A DNA stretch of 50,111 nucleotides from positions 1 to 50,111 of the forward strand of contig JADGEP010000001.1 of assembly GCA_016744275.1 (NCBI GenBank), in the 5' to 3' direction. This document shows, piece after piece, positions 9,901 to 16,894 of this stretch (positions within the stretch are counted from its first letter, which is position 1; every line of letters begins with the position of its first letter). The notes under the pieces were generated by a model, which was not told the origin of the DNA, made no database searches, and saw only the letters and a program-made list of their open reading frames with translations. The DNA is from Candidatus Krumholzibacteriia bacterium (GTDB lineage Bacteria; Krumholzibacteriota; Krumholzibacteriia; LZORAL124-64-63). The position numbers and the translations under genes are program-made.

Positions 9901-10083
9901 ATTTTTGACCTCACCGGCCGCCTGGTGAAGGTGCTGGAAAATGGCAATCTGGGCGCGGGGGAATACTCGCGCACCTGGCAAGGCCGCGATGAAAGCGGGC
10001 GGCCGGTGGCCAGTGGAGCTTATTACGTACGGTTGGTGATGGACAACCAGGTGGATCACCAGAAGATCATGCTGCTGAAATAG
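6985..10083 (+). CDS. Giant secreted protein, paralogue 2 (same architecture as 3743-6814)
   Basis: ORF 6922-10083. ATG 6985 gives signal peptide MSHRFPSCLKVLSPSLLPTLCCLFLLVFTAPATA. Collinear with paralogue 1 over its whole length. Has its own TTGAAT-18-TATAAT promoter-like element upstream. Confidence 0.8.
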   Translation: MSHRFPSCLKVLSPSLLPTLCCLFLLVFTAPATARDQIGIYWDNDYTQTTTIVDPLPGSATGYLVITDPSAEGGIVGWDLCVEKTGGGFIYSWDLAGQAINLESEPCFSVALSEPLLPTGNAILLATFQTLATTGEPAAFFLSPQSFPQYAEMFYVPASDTRYPVELTTATGSGPVAQLSTNAPWAVLNSEVIDFRARAVNQESVESIIVENIGRSDLVLDIQLSQDCVGFFLPGISGLVTVPTGSSVTIPITFLPLAHESYACRLDLGPSAPSVPLNGTGRNPLYQYTLTSDRYFGELFTGNSYDLDVVIDNTGFDAIPIVPSLLGCGDDFAIVSGGEPTTVNRWGSHTIVVRFQPTTTDTFTCALSFGDGIDQVGLRGIGRTPGAYFDAPEEVDFGDQEAGLHTARTVRVQNTGTSDFTLSPALIGCGGDFDISDGGHVGTLAAGDDRIILVRFQPGREGDFSCTLSLGEVVTDVHLFGHATPPHPRWSVNPPALDFSPTPEGETRELLLRVTNTGIINFDIDVQLTAADPEFALIGGEGLATLEPSVEHLVRVRFQPNSSEVFSGVLDLGPLVPSVNISGTSYIPIESCRTSESELGFGNTVISTPAVESFFVRNDGNHPLPISPVSDSPRFTVSTAPFTLQPGTNRAIEVTFAGAEQGFFDATINLGNEVCPEVYCHGSIIPPIDPGPDAVGIFFDNGYTANEAYPEVNVPFDAHLVLFNPSGSSAIAGWEAKLEIDGYFFRLSETYPAPWVNAGTSPDYVVGYETPLPPATAVKLVTFLLLTIQRSEVLTFALSPVSDPIVPGQMSWVMADDQGFVRMNTTTGEPLVATTHTMAPVGLEVPTPLLTQQGAQVHLSWPAPLQPGSTCHVYRRTATEGPERLTAQPLNAGAGTLTFTDNPEGFDTGTTLYYSYAVIVDGAEQSRSLEVEFTFESPRVLTSRLLPNVPNPFNPLTRIRFELAQSSEVQVSIFDLTGRLVKVLENGNLGAGEYSRTWQGRDESGRPVASGAYYVRLVMDNQVDHQKIMLLK
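9496..10083 (+). repeat. Near-identical 3' block shared by the two tandem paralogues (copy 2)
   Basis: See 6227-6814. Long runs are identical at the nucleotide level, e.g. ggccggcgcctctgcaaccgggcagcacctgcca and cagcctttgaacgccggggccggcactctgaccttcactgacaacccggaagg. Confidence 0.85.
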
Positions 10084-10112
10084 CCCGCGCTTCGTTTTGA
10101 GATGTGCAAGGC

Positions 10113-10142
10113 GGCCGCCAAACCCAGAAAGGTTTGGCGGCC
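10113..10142. terminator. Bidirectional terminator hairpin between convergent genes
   Basis: Perfect 12-bp stem ggccgccaaacc / ggtttggcggcc with loop cagaaa, located between the stop at 10083 (+) and the stop at 10162 (-). Confidence 0.7.
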
Positions 10143-10161
10143 GTTCAGGTTCAGACTGCAA

Positions 10162-10752
10162 TCAAGAGTCGTTTGTTCCCGCTGGCTCATTCAGCAGTGA
10201 CAGGTGTTCGCGGCAAATGAGACCTGTTTCTCGCACCTTCAGTGGCTCTTCGGTAAGACCACAGCGGTAAGAATTCCCGGTTCCGCGGTGCTGGAAGTGA
10301 GCGCAGGTTTTGCAGATTCCGAAGGATTTGGAGCCGTTGATCCGTTGCAGTGTCGTCAGAAGCTCCAAAAACAATTCATCCAGCGAACTCGGCGCAGAAG
10401 AGGCGGCAAAGGCCTCCTTGAAGGCCCTCGGTGGATTCACGCGAGAGACCACCGCCCGGCCCGCTTTGGTGAGGCTGAGGTGAAGTTTTCGCTTGTCCTT
10501 CAGGCTTGGCCTTCCGGTCACTAACCCTTTTCCCTGCAATCGGATAAGAGTTTGAGAAGCGGTTCCTTTCGTGAGGCCAAGATACTCGGCCACTGCCACC
10601 GGCGTATCGCTGTAGCGGTTGGCGCGCCCCAGAAAGCGCAAGGCCCGCAGGTGCACAGGCTCAACACCGAGCTCTTTGCCCACACGCCTCTCCTCGGCCC
10701 TCAAGAGGCTTGCCAGACGTTCCAGCAGATCATATGTCAGTGCGAAGTCCAT
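10162..10752 (-). CDS. MarR-family winged-helix regulator with extra C-terminal four-Cys segment
   Basis: wHTH region LRALRFLGRANRYSDTPVAVAEYLGLTKGTASQTLIRLQGKGLVTGRPSLKDKRKLHLSLTKAG. C-terminus CKTCAHFQHRGTGNSYRCGLTEEPLKVRETGLICREH. Start taken at ATG 10752 (MDFALTYD...), because the longer ORF start at 10893 would overlap the divergent gene. Confidence 0.7.
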   Translation of the reverse strand: MDFALTYDLLERLASLLRAEERRVGKELGVEPVHLRALRFLGRANRYSDTPVAVAEYLGLTKGTASQTLIRLQGKGLVTGRPSLKDKRKLHLSLTKAGRAVVSRVNPPRAFKEAFAASSAPSSLDELFLELLTTLQRINGSKSFGICKTCAHFQHRGTGNSYRCGLTEEPLKVRETGLICREHLSLLNEPAGTNDS

Positions 10753-10758
10753 CTCCAC

Positions 10759-10779
10759 ATAATATCGACTCGACACCTT
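10759..10779. promoter_or_regulatory. Degenerate second copy of the MarR-region operator palindrome
   Basis: ataatatcgactcgacacctt matches the 21-bp palindrome at 10818-10838 at 16 of 21 positions. It sits just upstream of the MarR-like start codon. Confidence 0.35.
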
Positions 10780-10780
10780 C

Positions 10781-10809
10781 TTGACAAGTCCGGATTGCGG
10801 GCCTAACGT
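10781..10809 (+). promoter_or_regulatory. Sigma70-like promoter for the thioredoxin-like gene
   Basis: TTGACA, a 17-nt spacer, then TAACGT. The operator palindrome lies immediately downstream. Confidence 0.4.
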
Positions 10810-10817
10810 GGGAACAG

Positions 10818-10838
10818 AAGGTATCGAGTCGATACCTT
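10818..10838. promoter_or_regulatory. Palindromic operator in the MarR / thioredoxin-like divergent intergenic region
   Basis: AAGGTATCGA-G-TCGATACCTT: perfect 10-bp arms around one central base. Confidence 0.55.
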
Positions 10839-10869
10839 TTAACAAAGCCACAAACAAGGAGAAATCACG

Positions 10870-11106
10870 ATGAAGAAAGCGACGTTCTATCACGCCGGAT
10901 GCCCCGTCTGTATCTCAGCGGAACAGCAGTTTATTAGCGCTATCGACTCAAACAAGTACGAGGTCGAGGTCGTGCATCTGGGGGAAACTTCAGCCCGCAT
11001 CAGCGAGGCCGAAAGCCTCGGCGTGAAGTCGGTCCCCGCCATGGTTGTCGATGGCCAGCCGTTTCACATCAACTTTGGCGCCAGTATGGAAGACGTCAAA
11101 GGGTAG
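10870..11106 (+). CDS. Small thioredoxin-fold / glutaredoxin-like redox protein (CPVC active site)
   Basis: 78 aa, MKKATFYHAGCPVCISAEQ...VPAMVVDGQPF, matching the pattern of small stand-alone thioredoxin-like proteins. AAGGAGA SD upstream. Divergent from the MarR-like gene. Confidence 0.7.
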   Translation: MKKATFYHAGCPVCISAEQQFISAIDSNKYEVEVVHLGETSARISEAESLGVKSVPAMVVDGQPFHINFGASMEDVKG

Positions 11107-11325
11107 TGCTTCGCCTCGGCGAGAGTGCGGTGCGTGTATGGGCCCATTGTGGCCCTGCACGCGCGAGGCCGAGCCGCGTCATGACTTACGCAAAGAAACA
11201 ATGAAACAGAGTTATCAGAAAACCGTCTTCTAAGCTTCGGGCCTGTTGAGCGCCGCCAGACAATCATGCCATCGGTGAACCCTCGGCGGACAAGGCCCCA
11301 CAGATTATTTCAAAAAGGCGGCAAC

Positions 11326-12879
11326 ATGAAACAGCTCCTTGAGAAACTGATCCCAGGCGGCCTGGCGGCGATATTTTTGGGGCTGATGAGCCGGTTTTTC
11401 CTCATTGAAGAGGCATTGGCGATGCTGCTGCTAACGGTGGTGCTGGGAGCCTTGTTGGCTGGTATTATTCTGGTGGTGCTTCGGCTCATCAAAAAACCAC
11501 TCTCAACCCCCAGGCGCATTGCCTTCTGGTGCACCACTTCAATCCAGGTCGTTGTAGCAGCCACAATCATCTGGTCCGTATTTCCCCGCTCGGTTGACAA
11601 GCAACAATTGATCTCAGACCTGAACCACGCCCAAGCCGTTATGGAAGACATCCACCCCGATCTCTACGCCACGATCGATAAAGAAAAATTCCTGGCGGCT
11701 TCAGATGAGCTCAAGGCCGGGTTGCCGGAAAATGTCTCCGAGGCCAAATGCATCAAGACCTTTTGCAGGATGTTGGCCCTGATCAAGGACGGCCATACGA
11801 GTGTCGCGATGGACAATTACACCAAGCGCGGCGCCATCTTGTTTCGCCAGGGACCGCCCTACATTTTTAGGATCGAAGGCGACAGAATTTTCGTGCAAAA
11901 AAGCTACTATGGCCGCAACCGCATACCCGTCGGATCAGAGATCGTCCGGATCAACGGGAAAACCGCAACGGCTTGCCTGGCCGAAATGGAAAAGCTGATC
12001 AGTTTTGAAACGTCGGTCTATCGAGACGCGACCTTGAGCCTGCCGATATTCTGGAATATCTGGAATGACTACGGCGATTTCGAATACTCCTACATCACGC
12101 CGCAGAATGAAGAGATCACGGAAAAATCGACCGGCAAATTGTTCGCAAACATCGCCCTCATCAAAGACCTGATTGGCGTCAAAAACTCGTTCAAGGTCAT
12201 TGGGGGAAATATTGCATTGCTGGATTTGCGCGCTTTTGAGGGCGCCGCAGAATTTGAGGCCTTGCTGGCCGATTCTTTCGGCGAAATCCAGGAAAAAGGA
12301 ATATCCGATCTCATCATCGACCTCAGAAACAACCGCGGCGGCGCCACCAACCTGTCAGAAGAACTGATGCAATACGTCGCGCGTTCTGATTTTCGCTCCT
12401 TCGACCTTTCACTGATAAAAATCAGCAACGACCTTCACGCCAGGATCACCGTCAACATCGATAAATATCCCATCGGCACCCTGGTCGACGAAGAATTGGA
12501 CATGGTTCCTCTGCGCGACAATCCATTGAGATTTGCGGGCAATGTCTACGTCCTGACAAGCGGATCCTGCTTCTCAACGGCTCTGGATTTCCCAGCCATG
12601 ATTCGGTGCTACGAAGCGGGCTTGCTCATCGGCACCGAAACCGGCGGCCGAACGGCCAGCTTCGGCTCGCCCCAGGGCGTTTCCATGCCCGAAACCGGAA
12701 TTCAAATCAAGGTATCGCGCAAACAGTTCATCAACCCTTGCGATACCCAAACCGACTCAGGGCTGATCCCTGATTATGTCGTCGAGAATACGATCACCGA
12801 TGATATCAACCAGACAGACCGCGCCCTGGAATTTGCCATTGAACTCATTGGCAAAACGGCGGCCGATTCAATCCCCTGA
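11326..12879 (+). CDS. Membrane-anchored S41-family peptidase (tail-specific/C-terminal processing protease-like)
   Basis: N-terminal TM helices. DLRNNRGGATNL motif typical of S41. VLTSGSCFSTALDF around the presumed nucleophile Ser. Start taken at ATG 11326 (MKQLLEK...). Confidence 0.7.
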   Translation: MKQLLEKLIPGGLAAIFLGLMSRFFLIEEALAMLLLTVVLGALLAGIILVVLRLIKKPLSTPRRIAFWCTTSIQVVVAATIIWSVFPRSVDKQQLISDLNHAQAVMEDIHPDLYATIDKEKFLAASDELKAGLPENVSEAKCIKTFCRMLALIKDGHTSVAMDNYTKRGAILFRQGPPYIFRIEGDRIFVQKSYYGRNRIPVGSEIVRINGKTATACLAEMEKLISFETSVYRDATLSLPIFWNIWNDYGDFEYSYITPQNEEITEKSTGKLFANIALIKDLIGVKNSFKVIGGNIALLDLRAFEGAAEFEALLADSFGEIQEKGISDLIIDLRNNRGGATNLSEELMQYVARSDFRSFDLSLIKISNDLHARITVNIDKYPIGTLVDEELDMVPLRDNPLRFAGNVYVLTSGSCFSTALDFPAMIRCYEAGLLIGTETGGRTASFGSPQGVSMPETGIQIKVSRKQFINPCDTQTDSGLIPDYVVENTITDDINQTDRALEFAIELIGKTAADSIP

Positions 12880-12889
12880 GACCTGTGTA

Positions 12890-13567
12890 TCAGTTCAAAA
12901 AGGGGTTGTTCTGTTTCTCATACTGGATCGTAGTGCTGGATCCATGTCCTGGAAAAACCTGTGTTTCATCGGGCAGTGTGAATAATTTTGTCCGAATACT
13001 GTTCAACTCCTGGAGCGTCAACTCATCTTGATTCTCTCCCCAGGTTCGGCCAATGCTTTCGTGAAACAGAGTGTCCCCGGAAAACAGTTTGCCGCCGATC
13101 AAAAACCCCACGCTGCCCTGGGAATGACCCGGCACATGTAAAACCTTTATCGCGATATTTCCGAGCATCAGATTTTCATCAGTTGTGCTCAACCAATTTG
13201 TGGGTCGGTGGGCTGCGTACTTGTTGATATAACCTCGTTCATCACCAGGGTGGCCATAGACCTTTGCCTGATAGATTTTGGCGTAGTGGGCGTTGGCAGA
13301 GATGTGGTCACCATGCGCATGGGTGTTGAGTATTCCAGCAATCTTCAGTCCATGGCGTTCTACATATTTTTCCAATTCCGGGCTCTTTGCACCGGGGTCG
13401 ATGATGACCGCCTCTTCACCATCTTCGTGAATATAAAGGTAGGTATTGCAGGCGGTATCAAAGGTTTCCACTCGTTGGGAATCCACGGTCTTGGCCGCTA
13501 AGGATTGACTAAATACACAGAACAAAACGAGCCCGATCAGCCAAGACTTCTTCAACATTTCCTTCAC
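12890..13567 (-). CDS. Secreted MBL-fold metallo-hydrolase (glyoxalase II-like)
   Basis: Signal peptide MKEMLKKSWLIGLVLFCVFSQSLAA. HxHxDH motif NTHAHGDHISAN. Later HVPGHSQGS and GDTLF motifs. Confidence 0.8.
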   Translation of the reverse strand: MKEMLKKSWLIGLVLFCVFSQSLAAKTVDSQRVETFDTACNTYLYIHEDGEEAVIIDPGAKSPELEKYVERHGLKIAGILNTHAHGDHISANAHYAKIYQAKVYGHPGDERGYINKYAAHRPTNWLSTTDENLMLGNIAIKVLHVPGHSQGSVGFLIGGKLFSGDTLFHESIGRTWGENQDELTLQELNSIRTKLFTLPDETQVFPGHGSSTTIQYEKQNNPFLN

Positions 13568-13878
13568 CTTTGATAGGGTCTCTGTACTTGTCTGTTGAGG
13601 ATAGGAGTTTCATACGCGCGGCTCCACTCTCAAGTTGCCCAATCACTCCCGCGTCGGTGAAAACCGCAACCGGCGAGTGAATGTTAAAAGTCAGAATCGG
13701 TTGTATACAAAACCATACTATAGTACTCTTATTTTCGGCCTCGGGGGAGGCCCGCGAAGGGCTTGGGGCTATCCACCCTTGTTTTTCGTGTCCCGTTAGA
13801 TCTCAGATTTTGTCAGAACCGCGCGGCTGGCACCCAGTCCGGTTCGTTTGCTTTTGGTGCATCTTGGGGAGAACCCTT

Positions 13879-14058
13879 ATGAATACCCGGCACACGACTA
13901 GTCTAACCATCGGTCTACTTTTGCTCAGCGCCACAGCCAAGGCGTCGGGTGTCGCCTTTGGAGGCGACGAAACGGAATCCCGGCCCAGCCTTGTGGATGC
14001 CGAAGGCGGCCCAGGTGTTTCTGAGGCGATCACGCGCAAGGTGGTGGTGGTTCGTTGA
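13879..14058 (+). CDS. Small secreted hypothetical protein (59 aa)
   Basis: ATG preceded by GGGGAG. Signal-like MNTRHTTSLTIGLLLLSATAKA. Its stop overlaps the next gene's start (TTGA). A weak call because the ORF is so short. Confidence 0.4.
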   Translation: MNTRHTTSLTIGLLLLSATAKASGVAFGGDETESRPSLVDAEGGPGVSEAITRKVVVVR

Positions 14059-15254
14059 AGAATGAGCAATCAGCAAGCGGCATAAACCAGGAACCGCCGT
14101 TCTCCTTTGATCCCCGCGATTTGACGCGCTGGGATCCGGTGCTGCGCTGGATGCTGGGAACCAAGTACCATGTTGTGATCTGGGGATTTCTGATCAGCCT
14201 GGCCTTCAACCTGGTGCGCACAGCCCTGGCTTGGGCCGACGGATTCCTGACGACCGCTGGCCCCGTGGTGGGTTTCCTGAACGACTACTCGACCTATTCC
14301 AATTTCATCTTCGGCTGGGTGATTTTTTCCTACTACGTGTGGTTGCCCCGCGGCTTTGCCGAAGTCTTCAACGGCCTGGTCGCCAACGGCGTTTTTTGCC
14401 AGGGGCGCGATGAAGACCTGCCCGTCGTCTCCCGCGAAATGGCCCACCTGCCAGGTGTTGACCAACGATTGCGAGCTGCCCGAGACACCTTTCGCTCACC
14501 CTGGCTGGTCGTGATAACGGCCGTCGTTTTTGTGGGCGTTTTTCTGATGCTCGGCAACACCTACGGCCAGATGGGCAACGGCATCTGGTACACCGCTGGC
14601 CGGTTCTCGCAAATCATGGCCCAAATCTGGGGCGCCGTTTTGATCAGTGCGTTGGCGGTGTTGATCTGCGGCTTTGGCACGGTCATTCGGCACCTGCGCC
14701 GCATCTTCAGGGAACTCACCCTGGGATTGCGCCCGGCCCACATCGACGGTGTGGGTGGCTTGTCGCCCCTCGGCCGTTTTGCCGTCAAGCTGGTCTATGT
14801 GATCAGCATCGTGGGCATCATGCTTTTGGCCATCACGCCCTATACCCGCGGTCTCGCCCTGCACCATGAGTTGCGCTACACCTTGTCTCCCGAGTTGGTC
14901 TTGGCCGGTGTCGCTTATTTTTTCCTGTCGCCGGTGTTGTTCTTCCTGGTTTTGGGCACGGCTTCCAACGCCATGCGCGAAACGAAAAACCGCGTCCTGA
15001 CCATTGTCTGCGATCGCATTGATCAAGAGTACACAACCGGATTGGACGCCGCCCGAGACAACAGTTCCGGTGAATTGAAAAAACACATGGATAACCTGGA
15101 AGCAGCCCAACTGTTGTACAAGACGACACAAGACTTCCCTGTCTGGCCTTTTGACCCCAGCAGTTTGCGCAAATTCACGACGTCATACTTCGCGCCATTG
15201 GCAACGGGGTTGGTGGTCGAAGTGGTTTTGCGCCTGATGGAGATTTCCGAATAG
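14055..15254 (+). CDS. Polytopic membrane protein of unknown function
   Basis: 399-aa ORF with about 6 hydrophobic helices (e.g. VVIWGFLISLAFNLV, WLVVITAVVFVGVFLML, IWGAVLISALAVLICGF) and a soluble C-terminal tail. TTG start at 14055; ATG 14151 is an alternative. The antisense ORFs look like compositional shadows. Confidence 0.6.
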   Translation: MKNEQSASGINQEPPFSFDPRDLTRWDPVLRWMLGTKYHVVIWGFLISLAFNLVRTALAWADGFLTTAGPVVGFLNDYSTYSNFIFGWVIFSYYVWLPRGFAEVFNGLVANGVFCQGRDEDLPVVSREMAHLPGVDQRLRAARDTFRSPWLVVITAVVFVGVFLMLGNTYGQMGNGIWYTAGRFSQIMAQIWGAVLISALAVLICGFGTVIRHLRRIFRELTLGLRPAHIDGVGGLSPLGRFAVKLVYVISIVGIMLLAITPYTRGLALHHELRYTLSPELVLAGVAYFFLSPVLFFLVLGTASNAMRETKNRVLTIVCDRIDQEYTTGLDAARDNSSGELKKHMDNLEAAQLLYKTTQDFPVWPFDPSSLRKFTTSYFAPLATGLVVEVVLRLMEISE

Positions 15255-15347
15255 TTTCGCCGCACATGATGTTGACATCCGTTGCGCGGCATTGTTTTAT
15301 AAGAGCATATATTCCAATCAGCAGCACACTCATCGTGGGGGAACGAT

Positions 15348-15770
15348 GTGAACAGCTTCTTACTGGCGCATGCCAATTTTGCTATCTGGGCTTTCGTTTT
15401 TATCATCATCGGCACCGTATCGACTTGGTCATGGTCAATCACGTTCCGACGCCTATCCCAATCCGATGCCTGCCGCGAGGACTTGCTCTGGGAGGCCCGT
15501 CGCGGGTTGGCCGGCGGAGTCATCTGGCTGGTCGCCATGGGCCTGATTTTTCTATTGATGGTCACCAGTTTTGACATCACCGCCAGCGAAGTTGTCGCTT
15601 TCAGCGATGGCCTCAGCGAAGAGTTGGAGCAGAGCATCAGGGACGAGCGCCGCCTGATATATTTGCCATCCTTGCTCGCGTTTGGGCTGACCATCGGCAC
15701 CATAGCCGTTGCCGGGCGCTGGTCTGGCGCCTGGGCGGCCCTCGAGACCGAGGAGTCGTCCCATGTTTGA
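15348..15770 (+). CDS. Small membrane protein of unknown function (about 4 TM)
   Basis: GTG start preceded by GGGGGA. Helices FAIWAFVFIIIGTV, VIWLVAMGLIFLLMV and LLAFGLTIGTIAVAG. Confidence 0.55.
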   Translation: MNSFLLAHANFAIWAFVFIIIGTVSTWSWSITFRRLSQSDACREDLLWEARRGLAGGVIWLVAMGLIFLLMVTSFDITASEVVAFSDGLSEELEQSIRDERRLIYLPSLLAFGLTIGTIAVAGRWSGAWAALETEESSHV

Positions 15771-16659
15771 TGGCCTGCAAAGCATTCTCACCAAGGGTGG
15801 CCCCGCCTCGGCTTTGATTTTTTACGGCCTGCCCATTTGGGGTATCCTGGTTTTCCTGATTTGTTTTCGCCAGCGACAAGTGCTCAACCAGTGGCTGGAA
15901 ACAGTCCTGGCCGAGCACCATTCGGCGACGGATTGCGAACCGGCGGTTGCCCAGTTCCGCAGTGGCTTCACTTTTTTTACCGGTGGCATTTTTGGCGCCA
16001 TCGTTCTGGGTGTGTGGTGGTTGGTTGCCTTTGCCTCGCTCATCTGGACGCCCTCGGCCCTCGTTGATATCATGCGCATCGACGACCCGGCCTACCTCAA
16101 CACCCTGCAGGGTGAACCAACCACCATCCAGTTGATGCGGCAACATTCTTCCGGGCTGATCACCCGGTCTCTGGTCGGCATCACGGGCATCCCGGCCTTG
16201 ATGATCACCTTGTTGGCCCTGGACCAGATGGTTTTTCGGCCACGCACCCGGTTGCCGGAGGTCTTGCGCCGGCGCCTGGCCAAGCTCAACCCTGGCGCCC
16301 CTGAGAGTTTGGCTGTGGCGGACGGTATTGGTGTGCGGGCCCAGGGCCGTTGGAGCTGGATGGCCGCGTCCTTCACCTGGGTCTGGCTGTTGTTCAAAGG
16401 ATTGCCGATTCACGGGGTCGTGGTGCTGGTGGTGCAGGTATTGGTCGGCATCGGGCTGGGCGTATTGGCGACCCTTGGCATTGGTGCGTCGTCGCCTATT
16501 CCAAGTCTTGAGTTTGAAGTGACGGTGTGGCGGATGTTCTGGCAACCCGCGCTCGGTGCGCTGCTGAACCTGGGGCCTTCTCTCATTTTGATGCTCGTGA
16601 TTGGAATGAAAGCCCCTGGCTGGTTGGCCAAGACGGAGCGCAAGCGGATGGGGCCCTGA
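15763..16659 (+). CDS. Membrane protein of unknown function; C-terminal part vaguely DUF2628-like
   Basis: ATG 15763 overlaps the previous stop by 8 nt (ATGTTTGA). Several TM helices. RWSWMAASFTWVWLLFKGLPIHGVVVLVV resembles the WxWxAFxxxxxWxxYRxMW type motif, but the match is weak. Confidence 0.55.
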   Translation: MFDGLQSILTKGGPASALIFYGLPIWGILVFLICFRQRQVLNQWLETVLAEHHSATDCEPAVAQFRSGFTFFTGGIFGAIVLGVWWLVAFASLIWTPSALVDIMRIDDPAYLNTLQGEPTTIQLMRQHSSGLITRSLVGITGIPALMITLLALDQMVFRPRTRLPEVLRRRLAKLNPGAPESLAVADGIGVRAQGRWSWMAASFTWVWLLFKGLPIHGVVVLVVQVLVGIGLGVLATLGIGASSPIPSLEFEVTVWRMFWQPALGALLNLGPSLILMLVIGMKAPGWLAKTERKRMGP

Positions 16660-16810
16660 ATTGGTGATCAGGCGCCCTCATTTGGAGATCACAAAACAAT
16701 AAATATGACGACAATAAGGCAATATTTTTGATACGCTGATAATTTTTTAACATTTACTTGATTTCACGACCGTCTTTGCCCACATTACCTCTCAGAAGAC
16801 CTATCTATTA

Positions 16811-16844
16811 GGTATAACTTGTATATACAGCAACAAGTTATACC
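16811..16844. promoter_or_regulatory. Perfect 12-bp inverted repeat (10-nt spacer) in the leader of the ACL-like operon
   Basis: GGTATAACTTGT-atatacagca-ACAAGTTATACC, 50 nt upstream of ATG 16895, at the end of an AT-rich intergenic region. Confidence 0.5.
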
Positions 16845-16894
16845 AAACAGGCGCCAGGGCCCCGCCCTCCGCCGAACCCGAGGAGCAGCCTCTC

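Noticed and set aside
6227-10083. A diversity-generating retroelement (template/variable repeat) as the explanation for the near-identical 3' blocks of the tandem paralogues.
   Set aside because: There is no reverse transcriptase gene in the window. The mismatches between the copies are a mix of transitions and transversions at all four bases, not adenine-specific. Both copies are ordinary in-frame gene ends.
10753-10893. An N-terminal extension of the MarR-like ORF to position 10893.
   Set aside because: The extension would run through the operator and promoter region and overlap the divergent thioredoxin-like gene start. The conserved MarR fold begins after ATG 10752.
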